Positions 28,816 to 39,151 of a DNA stretch of 64,000 nucleotides are shown here, piece by piece (position 1 is the stretch's first letter; every line of letters starts with the position of its first letter). This DNA comes from Vicinamibacteria bacterium (GTDB taxonomy: Bacteria; Acidobacteriota; Vicinamibacteria; Marinacidobacterales; Marinacidobacteraceae): the NCBI GenBank assembly GCA_963422395.1, contig OY729431.1, positions 1,696,001 to 1,760,000 of the forward strand, in the 5' to 3' direction. The translations under genes and the position numbers were made by a program. The notes beneath the pieces were generated by a model. The model had not been told where the DNA came from. It saw nothing but the letters and a program-made list of their open reading frames with translations, and made no database searches.

Positions 28816-30941
28816 GACGGACCTGGAGCAGCGGGCCTGCGAACCTCGACGCGGGTCACCGCCCGCCGTCCCGGCGTCGGGCCGATCTCGGAATATTCCC
28901 GCCGGAAATCGAGGGCCAGATGGCCCCCTTCCGAAAATCGTCCGTCCACCGCGACGACCGCGGGACGGCCCCAAGCCTCGATCCGGTCACCATCCGGTTC
29001 ATAGCGGATCCGCTGTCCCTCCACTCGGCTGGACCCGCGCTCGAAACGCGCTGCGAGTTCGCCGATGACGGCGCCCACCGACCCGTCGGGCAGCAACTGC
29101 GTCTCGATGGAGCCGGCGCTGACCCGGCTCAGCTCGCCGGATTCCGACCGCTGTTCGAGCCGCGGGGCTCCACTGTACGAAAGACGAGACCCGGCTGCAT
29201 CGTAGGTGAAGCGCCGGGCCCAGGCGTCGAACCGAAGGCTCCGCTCTCCGGCGCCGCTGCTGTCTTCGGCTGCTTCCGAAGCCGCAGTTGCACCGCGCTC
29301 CTCCGCTGCCGCGCCCGCAAACTCCAGCGAACTCTCGACGCCCTCCTCGGCGAGCAGGCTCCGCGCCCCAGCATCCACTTCCAAGAGCTCCGAGACGAGC
29401 CGGTTCGGGCCGAACAGCAACCGGACCCCGCCGGTGAAGACGCCGCGGCCGGTGCCGCTTTCGAGAGTCGCAGCGTCACTCGCCACCGCGGCTTCGTCGA
29501 ACTCTCCGGGAAGCCAGCGAACCTGGTCAGGGAGAAAACGGGCAGTGACCGCCCCCTCCGCCTCGACCCGCCCCAGCTCCCCGACGATCAACCGCAGATC
29601 GCGACTCTCGAGCTCGAGGAGCGACTCGTCCACGACGTGAGGGGACCCACGGAATGTCAGCGTGTCTTCGCCGTTCCAATCCGCCTCTTCCGCCGAAGCC
29701 GAAGCACCGCCGTACCGTGCCGCCACCCTGCCCTGATAGCGAGCCTCGGAGACCTCACCCTGCTCGTCGAACCGCACCTCCAGTGTTTCGGACTGGATCG
29801 CAATCCGGAATTCCGATTCCGCTCCCGCGACCAGCCGCGAGGTGACTTCGCCGAAGAGCCGGAGCCGTTCGGATTTCCCATCGGCGTCGAGCTCCAGTTG
29901 GCCCCGCTCGCCGCGCAGCTCATTCTCCCCCGCTTCGACCACGGGATCGCTGAGAAAGCGCACGATCCTCGGAGTCCGGCCGGCGTCGAGCTCGATCTCG
30001 ACCTCGTCGCCGAAGAAGCGGACTCCCGGTCCGTTTTCCGGCTCCTCGCTCCCCGCGGCCTCGCCCGGAGGGGGCAGCGTGTGCAAGACGGTTCCGAATC
30101 CGGCCAACACCGAGCGCATCCAGTCCCGCTCCGGGTCGCGCCGGAGCACCACCGATTCGTCCGAGGCGAGTCGGAACTGCTCCGAGGCGATTTCCACATC
30201 TCCGAACAATCTGGTTTCGGCGGTGGCCCGATCGAACCGGGCCCTCTCGGCGATGGCGGAGAATCCATCTCGGTCCACCGGCTCGGCGACCACTCCGCTC
30301 AGGACGACATCGCCGGAATCGAGGCGGAATTGCAGCGATGCGGCGATCCCGAAGAAATTCTCGGTTTGGAACTGCACCGGATCGGTGGACCAGAGCCGGT
30401 CGGGCACGCGCCGGAACTGCAGCCGAGGACCCGAAAGTTCCAACCCCTCGGCAACGAGAAGGGCGTTTCCCAGGAACTCGAACGACTCGATACTGGTGTT
30501 CAGCAGTAGTTCGTCGGCGGCGATGACCGCGTCCTGCCCGCCGACGATCTCGAAGACTCGAACCTCCACCCCCGTAAAGTGCTGCGTGTCGTCGCTGCGC
30601 CCGAGCGCTTCCGCCGCGGTGATCCGCACCAGCGGCCGCCCGCGATCGTCGAATTGGGTCAACTCGATCCCCCGGGACACCACTTCGCTGGCTTCCTCGG
30701 AGAGGGCCTCGGCGTCTCTCGCCGGGGCCTCGAGCACCTTCGCGCGCCGCTCGAACCCATCCCGAAGCTGGAACGCGAGGAACACCGCGAAGGCGACGAG
30801 CACCAGCGCCAAGGCGGCGCGGGCGGCGCGGACTCCAAAACTCCGGAAAAAATCGCCGAACCGCCTCCGGCGCCCCCCGGAGAGGTCCCGAAGACGCTCC
30901 GGGGGACGCCATCCCCCCGAGTCGGAACCGACCGAGGACAC
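28812..30941 (-). CDS. lptC: Long LptC/LptA (OstA-like beta-jellyroll) LPS transport protein
   Basis: Single N-terminal TM segment then ~650 aa of repeated beta-strand patterns; translationally coupled to lptB. Confidence 0.7.
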
Positions 30942-30947
30942 GCCCGT

Positions 30948-32078
30948 TCACCCGCGCCGGCTCGGCCTGCGGCTCGGGATGGTGTTTCCGGCGCTCTCTT
31001 GCCGCGAGACCGGCTCCCGGACACCCTCGCTCCCGACACTCGCCTCCACCGGGCCCGGCCGCGCCTCCACCTCGGGGTTCAGGAGCGCCGGCAGCGTCGG
31101 AGCCGCCTCGCCGGGCGTCTCTTCGATCCCCACATTCCCCATCGCTCGAAACTTCCGGTACCGGGCCCGCCGGCGTTCTCCGGAGTCCATGGCTTCGAGC
31201 TCGCGGAGTGCGCCGAGGAGTCTCTTCCCTAAAACCGCCGCTGCCTGATCGTGGTCGGCGTGGGCGCCGCCCGGAGGCTCCGGGACGATCTCGTCGATGA
31301 GGCCGCGCGCCAGGTGTTCGGGGGCGGTGATCCGCATCCGGGCGGCCGCCTCCTCGGCAGCTTTTGCCGTCTGCTCCGGATCCTTCCACAGGATCGCGGC
31401 GCAACCCTCCGGAGAGATCACCGAATAGATGGCGTTCTGCATCATGAGGATTCGGTCGCCGACCGCGATTCCGAGCGCACCGCCGCTGCCTCCCTCACCG
31501 ATGACCGCCACCACGATCGGGACTTCGAGCCGAGCCATTTCCCGAAGATTGCGGGCGATCGCTTCCGCCTGCCCGCGCTCCTCGGCTTCGATTCCGGGGA
31601 AAGCCCCCGGAGTGTCCACCAGCGAGATCACCGGCCGCTGGAACTTCTCGGCGAGATGCATGAGCCGGAGCGCCTTCCGATAGCCCTCGGGCCGCGGCAT
31701 TCCGTAGTTCCGGCGAATGCGCTCGGTGGTGTCCCGGCCCTTCTGCTGGCCGATCACCATGACCGGCCGGCCGTGGAGCCACGCCGGCCCGCCCACCACC
31801 GCCGGATCGTCGGCGTAGCGCCGATCGCCGTGGATCTCGCTGAAGCCGGTGAATATCCGTTGCAGGTAGTCGAGCGTGTAGGGGCGCTCCGGATGGCGAG
31901 CCACGAGGACTCGCTGCCACGGCGTCAGCCCCGCATAGATGCGCTCGCGGCGCCGCTGGAGTTCCCGTTCGAGTCCGGTGATCTCGGCGCGGTGCCCGTC
32001 CGGATACCCGGTCAGCGCCTCGATCCGCTGGACGATCGACTCGATGTCCGCTTCGAAATCGAGGAATTCTCGTTGCAC
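30948..32078 (-). CDS. accA: Acetyl-CoA carboxylase carboxyltransferase alpha subunit
   Basis: [62 protein letters not shown]. Confidence 0.97.
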   Translation of the reverse strand: MQREFLDFEADIESIVQRIEALTGYPDGHRAEITGLERELQRRRERIYAGLTPWQRVLVARHPERPYTLDYLQRIFTGFSEIHGDRRYADDPAVVGGPAWLHGRPVMVIGQQKGRDTTERIRRNYGMPRPEGYRKALRLMHLAEKFQRPVISLVDTPGAFPGIEAEERGQAEAIARNLREMARLEVPIVVAVIGEGGSGGALGIAVGDRILMMQNAIYSVISPEGCAAILWKDPEQTAKAAEEAAARMRITAPEHLARGLIDEIVPEPPGGAHADHDQAAAVLGKRLLGALRELEAMDSGERRRARYRKFRAMGNVGIEETPGEAAPTLPALLNPEVEARPGPVEASVGSEGVREPVSRQESAGNTIPSRRPSRRG

Positions 32079-32157
32079 GGACAGAAGTGTAACGAGACGG
32101 CGGAAGCGTTAGGCAATTCCTGTGCCACTGACAGCGAAGAGGTTCCGCGGCAGCGAG

Positions 32158-35100
32158 TTACCGCCCCGACGACGACCGGAGTTCCAGGGCATCCCGCGCG
32201 TAGGGCGTCAGAGGAACGCCGTCGAGCAGGACCGATCGCGGACCGAGCAGCCGTGCCGCTTCGAGCACGAGCTCGTCGGTGGCCCCGACCGTGATCGCGG
32301 TTTCCAACACCGTTTCGCCCTGCGGGTGCCGAATGCGCAGGCGAAGGGGAACTTTTCCGGGATGCCGTTCGAGAAGCGCGTGGAGAGCCGCCTCCATTCT
32401 CTCGGGCTCGGTCACCAGGAGCTCCACCCGCCTCGCCGCCGTGAAGAGAGCGTCCGCCGCCAGCTGCACCCGGGAGGCGACGATCTCGGCCTGCCCCGCT
32501 CTCCGGCCCCCGGTTTCCGGCTCCCGACCGCTATCCGCCTTGAACTGGCCGCTGACGAACACCGCGGGCTCGTCCTCGATCGGCGGACAGTGCTCCCAGG
32601 TGTCCGGGAAGACGACGACGCCGATCGCTCCGGTCTCGTCCTCGACGGCGAAGTTGGCCATGGCGCGGCCGTCTCGGGTTTTTCGTTTGCGGACATTCCG
32701 GACGAGCCCGACCACGGTGACTCCCCCACTCTCGGTCGAGGATTGCACATCCTGAACCGCGCCGGTCACGAGCGCTCCCGCTGCCTTGCGCAACGAGGTC
32801 GCCGGATGTCCGCGCCAATAGAACCCGAGCGCTTTGCGTTCGCGGTGCAGACGTTCGGCGTCCGCCCAGTCGGGCACCTCCGGGAAGCGGTCCCGGGGGA
32901 TTTCGCACCTGCCCCCGAAGAGAGACAGGGCCCCTCCCTCCCGGCGGCTGCGGGCCCGGTTCGCGGCTTCGAGCGCCCGGGGGATCGATTCGAAGATCCG
33001 GGCGCGGGATATCTTCAGAAAATCGAAGGCTCCGGCACATACCAGCGCTTCGACCACCCCGCGGTTGAGGGATCCGGGTTCGACCTCTTCGGCGAAGTGG
33101 GAGAGGGACTCGAAGCGGCCGCAGCCTCGGCGCGCCTCCTCGATCGCCCGGGCAGCACGGCTTCCGACCTGCTTGACCACAGCGAGCCCGTAGCGGATGC
33201 CCTCCCCCTCGACGGCGGCCTCGGCGCGGCTCTTCTGCACATCCGGCGGATAGATGGGAACCCCCTGCGCTTCGGCCGCAGCGCGGATGCGGGCGATCCG
33301 GTCGTCCCGGTCGCCCGCGCGCTGCTGCGCAGTGAGCAGCGAAGCGAGGAAGTGCCGCGGGAAGTGGGTTTTCAGCCAGCCTGCCACATAGGCGATCAGC
33401 GCATAGCCCACGGCGTGGGAGCGGTTGAAGCCGTACCCCGCGAACTTGGCGATCTGCTGGAAGGTCTCCTGCGCCAGCTTCCGGCGGAGCCCATTCGCCA
33501 CCGCGCCTTCGACGAAGCGCCCCTCCTCGCTGCGCATGGCTTCGGGGTCCTTCTTCCCCATCGCCTTTCTGAGGATGTCGGCCTTTCCGAGCGTATAGCC
33601 GGCGAGCTTCTGCGCCGCGAGCATCACCTGCTCCTGATACACGATCAGGCCCCGCGTTTCCGGAAAGAGCTCGCGCACCTCACGGTCGAGTTTCTTCGAG
33701 AACCCGTCTTTCCGCTTCGCCCGAAGGAAGTCCTCGGTCATCCCGCTTTCGAGCGGGCCCGGCCGGAAGAGCGCGTTGAGCGCCGCCAGGTCGTCCAGGT
33801 TCTCCGGATGGTACCCGGAGAGCAGGTCGCGCATTCCGTCGCTTTCGAACTGGAAGATCCCATCGGTATCGGCCCGGGAGAACAGCTCGAAAACGGCCGG
33901 GTCGGGGGGCACCTTCTCGAACCGGCCCCTGCGGATCAGAGCGAGCGCCTCCTGCTGCCCGGCGGTCCTGACGAGGTCGGGGTCCTCTTCGATCCGCTGG
34001 GCGCAGTCCTCGATGTGGGTCAGCGCCCGCAGGCCGAGGAAGTCCATCTTGAAGAGCCCGACGGCCTCGCAGTCCTTCATGTCGTACTGCGTCCGCCGAC
34101 GCTGCGCTCCCGCTCCGCCGTTCTCCGACGCGCCGTTTCTGCCTGCGCCGGCGGCGCCGCGCCCCTCCACATCCCGTTCGAGCGGCAGGATTTCTTCGAG
34201 GGGCTGGGGCGCGATCACGACTCCGGCGGCGTGGGTGCCGATAGAGCGCGGCAGGCCCTCGAGCCGCGCCGCGATCTCGAATAGCCGGCCCAGCTCCGGA
34301 TCCCGCCGAGCCTCCCTGAGCCTCGGCGCCTGGGTGAGCGCCTCCTCGAGGCTCGCCCCCTCGGGAATCGTCTTGGCGAGCTGATCCACCCGCGCCGCCG
34401 GCAGTTCGAGCATTCGCCCCACATCCCGGATCGCCATCTTCGCCTGCATCGTCGAGAGGGTCATGATCTGGGCCACCCGGTCGCTGCCGTAGCGCTCGGC
34501 CACATAGTCCAGCACTTCCTCGCGGCGAACCTCGCAGAAATCCACATCGATGTCCGGCGGACTCACCCGGTCGCGATTCAGGAAGCGCTCGAACAGCAGT
34601 CCGTGAGGGAGCGGATCGATGTCGGTGATCCCGAGCGCGTAGGCGACGAGGCTGCCCGCGGCCGAACCCCGGCCCGGACCCACCGGGATCCGCCGATCGC
34701 GGGAGAAGCGCACGAAATCCTGCACGATCAGGAAATAGGCCGAATATCCCGTCTTGCGGATCACCTCCAGCTCCATCTGGAGCCGCGCCTCGTAATCGGC
34801 GGCCGGTGGACGCTGGCCGTGCACTTCAGGAGAGCGAAGCCGCTCGACGAGGCCGCTCCGGGCGCTCTCCTCGAAATGGACGTCGAGCGTCTTCCCCTCG
34901 GGCGCCTGGAAATCCGGCAGAAGGTTTCTCCCCTCGACGAGATCCCAGGACTCGACCGCTTCGGCGATCTCCACCGTGTTCCGATATGCCTCCGAGCAGC
35001 CCTCGAAGAGGGCCTCCATCTGCTCCGAGGTCTTGAAGAAGAACTGATCCGAATCGAACTTCAGCCGCCGGGTTTCCGAGACCTTTTCGTTGACGCTGAT

Positions 35101-35805
35101 GCAAAGGCGCAGATCGTGGGCGGAGACATCCCCAGGGGCGGCGTAATGCGAATCGTTCGTCCCCACCAGCGGGATACCGGTCTTCCGCGAGACCTCGACC
35201 AGTCCTTCCCGAATCTGCCGTTCGAGCTCCGTCAGGCGCGCCGCCTTCTCGCCGCTCCCGTTCGCCGGGGTGTGGTCCATGAGCTCCAGGTAGTAGTTGC
35301 CCTTGCCGAAGACCTCCTGGTACCGCCCCGCAGCCTCGACCGGATCCCCGCCGGAGACGATCTCTCGCGGCACGATGCCCTTGGGGCAGGCGGAGAGGGC
35401 GATGAGCCCCTCGTGATGCGCTTCGAGCAGCTCGAAATCCATCCGCGGCTTGTAGTAATACCCCTCGTGGTGAGCGATCGAACTGAGCCGCATGAGGTTT
35501 CGGTATCCGGTCCGGTTCTTCGCCAGCAGCACCAGATGTTGGTTGTCGGCGTCCCGATTGCGGTCGCGGCGGCTCTTCGGCGCCACATACGCCTCACATC
35601 CGAGGATGGGCTTCACCCCGGCGTTCTGCGCCGCGCGGTGGAACTTGATCGCGCCGAAGAGATTGCCGTGGTCGGTGATCGCCACCGCCGGCATCCCGTC
35701 GCGGGCAGCGATCTCGGTGATCTCCCCGAGACGGCTCATGCCGTCGAGCAGCGAATACTCGGTATGGGTGTGGAGGTGGACGAAAGGACGCCGGGCGCCG
35801 CTCAC
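32158..35805 (-). CDS. dnaE: DNA polymerase III alpha subunit
   Basis: FVHLHTHTEYSLLDG PHP domain, GPGRGSAAGS, PPDIDVDF, KMDFLGL, YGFNRSH, C-terminal OB fold. Confidence 0.97.
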   Translation of the reverse strand: MSGARRPFVHLHTHTEYSLLDGMSRLGEITEIAARDGMPAVAITDHGNLFGAIKFHRAAQNAGVKPILGCEAYVAPKSRRDRNRDADNQHLVLLAKNRTGYRNLMRLSSIAHHEGYYYKPRMDFELLEAHHEGLIALSACPKGIVPREIVSGGDPVEAAGRYQEVFGKGNYYLELMDHTPANGSGEKAARLTELERQIREGLVEVSRKTGIPLVGTNDSHYAAPGDVSAHDLRLCISVNEKVSETRRLKFDSDQFFFKTSEQMEALFEGCSEAYRNTVEIAEAVESWDLVEGRNLLPDFQAPEGKTLDVHFEESARSGLVERLRSPEVHGQRPPAADYEARLQMELEVIRKTGYSAYFLIVQDFVRFSRDRRIPVGPGRGSAAGSLVAYALGITDIDPLPHGLLFERFLNRDRVSPPDIDVDFCEVRREEVLDYVAERYGSDRVAQIMTLSTMQAKMAIRDVGRMLELPAARVDQLAKTIPEGASLEEALTQAPRLREARRDPELGRLFEIAARLEGLPRSIGTHAAGVVIAPQPLEEILPLERDVEGRGAAGAGRNGASENGGAGAQRRRTQYDMKDCEAVGLFKMDFLGLRALTHIEDCAQRIEEDPDLVRTAGQQEALALIRRGRFEKVPPDPAVFELFSRADTDGIFQFESDGMRDLLSGYHPENLDDLAALNALFRPGPLESGMTEDFLRAKRKDGFSKKLDREVRELFPETRGLIVYQEQVMLAAQKLAGYTLGKADILRKAMGKKDPEAMRSEEGRFVEGAVANGLRRKLAQETFQQIAKFAGYGFNRSHAVGYALIAYVAGWLKTHFPRHFLASLLTAQQRAGDRDDRIARIRAAAEAQGVPIYPPDVQKSRAEAAVEGEGIRYGLAVVKQVGSRAARAIEEARRGCGRFESLSHFAEEVEPGSLNRGVVEALVCAGAFDFLKISRARIFESIPRALEAANRARSRREGGALSLFGGRCEIPRDRFPEVPDWADAERLHRERKALGFYWRGHPATSLRKAAGALVTGAVQDVQSSTESGGVTVVGLVRNVRKRKTRDGRAMANFAVEDETGAIGVVVFPDTWEHCPPIEDEPAVFVSGQFKADSGREPETGGRRAGQAEIVASRVQLAADALFTAARRVELLVTEPERMEAALHALLERHPGKVPLRLRIRHPQGETVLETAITVGATDELVLEAARLLGPRSVLLDGVPLTPYARDALELRSSSGR

Positions 35806-35812
35806 CCGTGGT

Positions 35813-37366
35813 TCACTCCCATTCGATAGTGCCCGGAGGCTTCGGGGTGATGTCGAGGACCACGCGGTTCACCCCGCGCACCTCGCCGGTGATGCGGTCC
35901 GAGATCCGGGCGAGCAGCTCGGTCGGCAGCGGCGCCCAGTCCGCGGTCATCCCGTCCCGGCTCGAAACGAGCCGCAGGGCGACGACCCGCTCGTAGGTCC
36001 GTCGGTCTCCCATCACTCCGACGGTCCGAAGCGGCAGCAGGACACAGAACGCCTGCCACAGACGGTCGTACCACCCACCGGCGCGGATTTCCTCTTCGAG
36101 GATAGCGTCCGCCTCGCGCAGCAGCGAGAGCCCCGCCGGCTCGACCGGCCCGAGAATCCGCACCGCGAATCCGGGGCCCGGGAACGGATGGCGGCCCACC
36201 AACGCCTCGGGGACACCGAGCTCCCGCCCCAGCGCGCGAACCTCGTCCTTGAACAGCTCGCGGAGCGGTTCGATCAGCCGGAGCCGCATCCGCTTCGGCA
36301 GGCCGCCCACATTGTGGTGGCTCTTGATGACGGCGGAAGGGCCCTTCACCGAAACGCTCTCGATGACATCGGGGTAGAGGGTTCCCTGCGCGAGGAATCG
36401 GACTCCCGAGAGTTGGCGGGCGGCTTCCTCGAAGACCCGGATGAACTCCCGCCCGATGACCTTGCGCTTCCGCTCCGGGCTCCGGACCCGCGCGAGGCGG
36501 GCCAGGAACCGTTCCGAGGCGTCCACCACCTCGAGGGGAATCCCGAGCCCTGCCTCGAAAGCGGCTCGCACCGAGCCAGCCTCGCCCTTCCGCAGCAGAC
36601 CGTGGTCCACGAAGATGCAGCGGAGCTGGTCGCCGACCGCTCGGTGCACGAGCGCGGCGGTCACCGTCGAGTCCACTCCGCCCGAGGCGCCGCAGACCAC
36701 CCGGTCCGATCCGACCTCTTCGCGGATCGCCGCCGCGGTGCGTTCGGCATGCGACTTCGGTGACCAGCCGCCCCGGGCGCCGCAAACTCGAAAGGCGAAG
36801 TTCGCGAGGATCGCCTTCCCGTGCTCGGTGTGCGCCACTTCCGGGTGGAACTGGACTCCGTAGAGTCCGCGCTCCGGGTTTTCGAAGGCGGCGATCGGCG
36901 CCGGCGGCGTTCCCGCGGTGCCCCGAAAGCCCTCCGGGAGGGCTTCGACGAGGTCCCCGTGGCTCGCCCAGACACGAAGGCGCCGCGGCACTCCGGCGAA
37001 GAGGCGGCCTTCGCCGGTGTGTTCCAGCTCGGCGGGGCCATAGGAGCGGCGCGGCGCGGGGCGGACATCGCCTCCCGAGTCGCGGGCGAGGAGCTGCATT
37101 CCATAGCAAACTCCGAGCAGCGGCGCCCGCGCGTCGAGGATCCCTTTCGGTGCCGGGGGCGCCTCTTCGCCGTACACGCTCTCGGGGCCGCCGGAAAGGA
37201 TCACCCCCAGCGGGTTCCGCTCGTGGATCCGGGCCGCGGGAGTCGAACAGGGCAGGATTTCGCAATACACGCCCAGTTCTCGGAAACGCCGGGCGATGAG
37301 CTGGGTGTACTGCGATCCGAAGTCGAGGACGAGCAGGAGTTCCGGCGCGGGTCCGGCCGCTGCCAT
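35813..37366 (-). CDS. guaA: GMP synthase (glutamine-hydrolysing)
   Basis: LDFGSQYTQLIARR, GVCYGMQ, QFHPEV, SGGVDS, QGTLYPDVIES, KSHHNVGGLP, KPPGTIEWE. Confidence 0.97.
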   Translation of the reverse strand: MAAAGPAPELLLVLDFGSQYTQLIARRFRELGVYCEILPCSTPAARIHERNPLGVILSGGPESVYGEEAPPAPKGILDARAPLLGVCYGMQLLARDSGGDVRPAPRRSYGPAELEHTGEGRLFAGVPRRLRVWASHGDLVEALPEGFRGTAGTPPAPIAAFENPERGLYGVQFHPEVAHTEHGKAILANFAFRVCGARGGWSPKSHAERTAAAIREEVGSDRVVCGASGGVDSTVTAALVHRAVGDQLRCIFVDHGLLRKGEAGSVRAAFEAGLGIPLEVVDASERFLARLARVRSPERKRKVIGREFIRVFEEAARQLSGVRFLAQGTLYPDVIESVSVKGPSAVIKSHHNVGGLPKRMRLRLIEPLRELFKDEVRALGRELGVPEALVGRHPFPGPGFAVRILGPVEPAGLSLLREADAILEEEIRAGGWYDRLWQAFCVLLPLRTVGVMGDRRTYERVVALRLVSSRDGMTADWAPLPTELLARISDRITGEVRGVNRVVLDITPKPPGTIEWE

Positions 37367-37541
37367 GGTCAACGAAGGGCGCCCGTCTGGCTGCCCGGTC
37401 CCATTCTCGGTACCCGGAACCGACAGCAGGGAGTGGGCCGGGACATCCTCCGAATCCTAACGAGACGAAGGGCCGGCCATCTCCGATAGATCGTCGGCAG
37501 ATCGTCGGGGCGTCAGCTCTCTCGATCGTCAGGCTCGATCG

Positions 37542-39095
37542 TCAGGGCTCTCCGCCACCGCCGATCCGAGGCCCCAGAATGGCCAGCCGCCCGTCCCGCA
37601 ACCCGAGATAGAGCCGTCGCGCCATCCACCCGGCTTCGCCCGGCTCGTCCGCTCTGCGGCGCACCACCCCCGTGACTTCCGCTTCGAGCTCGTGGGGAAG
37701 GCCGATCCTCGCTCCGGTGTTCGCGTCGATCTCGACCAGGATCCCGTCTCGGGTAACGACCAGGAGCGCCCCCGCAACCCGGATCGGCGGCGCTGCGGGC
37801 CTTCCCGGAAGGGCAGCCCGCCAGCGTTCACCGCCGCCTTTTTCGTCATGGCAGTAGAGGGTGTTCGCCTCGGTAGCGGCATAGAGCCGCGAACGGCTCG
37901 CGAGCGGCGGATGGTGAAAACCCTCGGCGAGGCGCCAGCGCCAGCGCCGCCGGCCGGTCTCCAGATCGAGCGCGTGGAGGTCGCCGCCGGCGTCCCCGAA
38001 GATCGCGAGACGCGTTTTCGGCAGCGCCAGAATCGGCCCGCTCACTCGTCCGGTGTCCGAGAAATGCCAGCGGAGCGGGTTGGCCGCCTTCCCGGGCAGG
38101 GGGACGATCGACGCCACCCCGGCGTCTCCGAGCGAGACGAGAAGTCGAGGCACTCCGCGTCCGCCGCCGCCCGCACCCACGGAGAGCGGCAGCGGCACCG
38201 GGACCATCGCCGCCGACTCCCCTCCTGGAAGCGCGTACTCCGGGATCCGAGCGCCGGATGCGAGATCGATCCCCTGGAAACTCCCTCCGGCGACCCAGTA
38301 GAGCGCCCCCCCCGAGACCGCCGCGGGAACCGGGATCGGGAGCGCCGGTCCCGCCTTCCCGGCCGAGCCGGCAGCCGGGCGCGCTGGGAAGCGGCCTTTC
38401 GGCATCCCGTCGGTCAGCCCTCGGAGCGTCACTTCGCCGCGAGGATCGAGGATCACCAGGTGCCCGCCATGTTCTCCGAGGAATGCGGCGCTCCCTCTCG
38501 AGAGGCCCCACCGCGCGCGTTCCGCGTCGGCTGTGTAGGCGACGAGCGTTCCGTCGCCGGTGTGGGCGGCGAACCCCGCCGCACCGAACACCAGGCCGAC
38601 TACCGGACTTCCGGGAGACGGCGCAGGGCTGGCCACCCAGCGGCCGGGCAGGATGCCCCGCGGAGCGGAGGTGAGGTCGGGCGTCGAGCCGCGCTCGGCC
38701 TCGCCGGGGTCTCCAGAATCCTCTTCTCCTTCGCCCCCGCCCTCGGTCGCAGGCGGCTCCCCGCTCTCGGTCGGAGGCTGCTCCTCACCCTCGGGCGGAA
38801 GCGGCTCCCCACCCTCGGTCGGCGGCGGCCCCTCACCCTCGATCGGAGGCTGCTCCTCACCCTCCGTCGGAGGCTGCTCCCCGGGGGGCCGTTCCGGCGG
38901 CTGCCTCCGCCCGAAAGCCGCCAGACCTGCCGCATCTACTGGGGCACCCGGAATGAGCGAAACCGCGAGCACTGCGGCAGGGGCGGCGGCAAGCGAAGGA
39001 AAGAGAGCGAGGAGCCGGCAGAAGGAAGAAATGGGCACCTCGCGCTTCGCGTCTTCGGGTCCGCCGAACCTGCGCCCGCCCCCCGATCTTCGCAT
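37542..39095 (-). CDS. PQQ-like/BamB-like beta-propeller protein with Pro/Glu-rich linker
   Basis: ALDLETGRRRWRW-type propeller repeats; hydrophobic N-terminus; start uncertain. Confidence 0.7.
   Translation of the reverse strand: MRRSGGGRRFGGPEDAKREVPISSFCRLLALFPSLAAAPAAVLAVSLIPGAPVDAAGLAAFGRRQPPERPPGEQPPTEGEEQPPIEGEGPPPTEGGEPLPPEGEEQPPTESGEPPATEGGGEGEEDSGDPGEAERGSTPDLTSAPRGILPGRWVASPAPSPGSPVVGLVFGAAGFAAHTGDGTLVAYTADAERARWGLSRGSAAFLGEHGGHLVILDPRGEVTLRGLTDGMPKGRFPARPAAGSAGKAGPALPIPVPAAVSGGALYWVAGGSFQGIDLASGARIPEYALPGGESAAMVPVPLPLSVGAGGGGRGVPRLLVSLGDAGVASIVPLPGKAANPLRWHFSDTGRVSGPILALPKTRLAIFGDAGGDLHALDLETGRRRWRWRLAEGFHHPPLASRSRLYAATEANTLYCHDEKGGGERWRAALPGRPAAPPIRVAGALLVVTRDGILVEIDANTGARIGLPHELEAEVTGVVRRRADEPGEAGWMARRLYLGLRDGRLAILGPRIGGGGEP
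38739..38882 (-). repeat. Six 24-bp in-frame tandem repeats (E/G-E-Q-P-P-T-E-G-like octapeptide)
   Basis: GEQPPTEG EEQPPIEG EGPPPTEG GEPLPPEG EEQPPTES GEPPATEG, 144 bp in total. Confidence 0.85.
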
Positions 39096-39151
39096 CGGGA
39101 AGATTCGGCGCGCCGACGGGCCGGGTCGGTACTGTAAGCCGCGGAAAGCCC

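Noticed and set aside
34090-34180. Insertion in DnaE (GRGAAGAGRNGASENGGAGAQ) as a possible intein
   Set aside because: It is only ~20 low-complexity residues with no intein terminal motifs, so probably a surface loop.
32122-34284. Long antisense and alternate-frame ORFs (e.g. 32122-34284 +, 7477-10599 +, 11582-14521 +, 39841-43194 +, 57760-60804 -)
   Set aside because: These are shadow ORFs expected at high GC: Arg/Pro/Gly-rich or the mirror frame of well-supported genes, with no family motifs.
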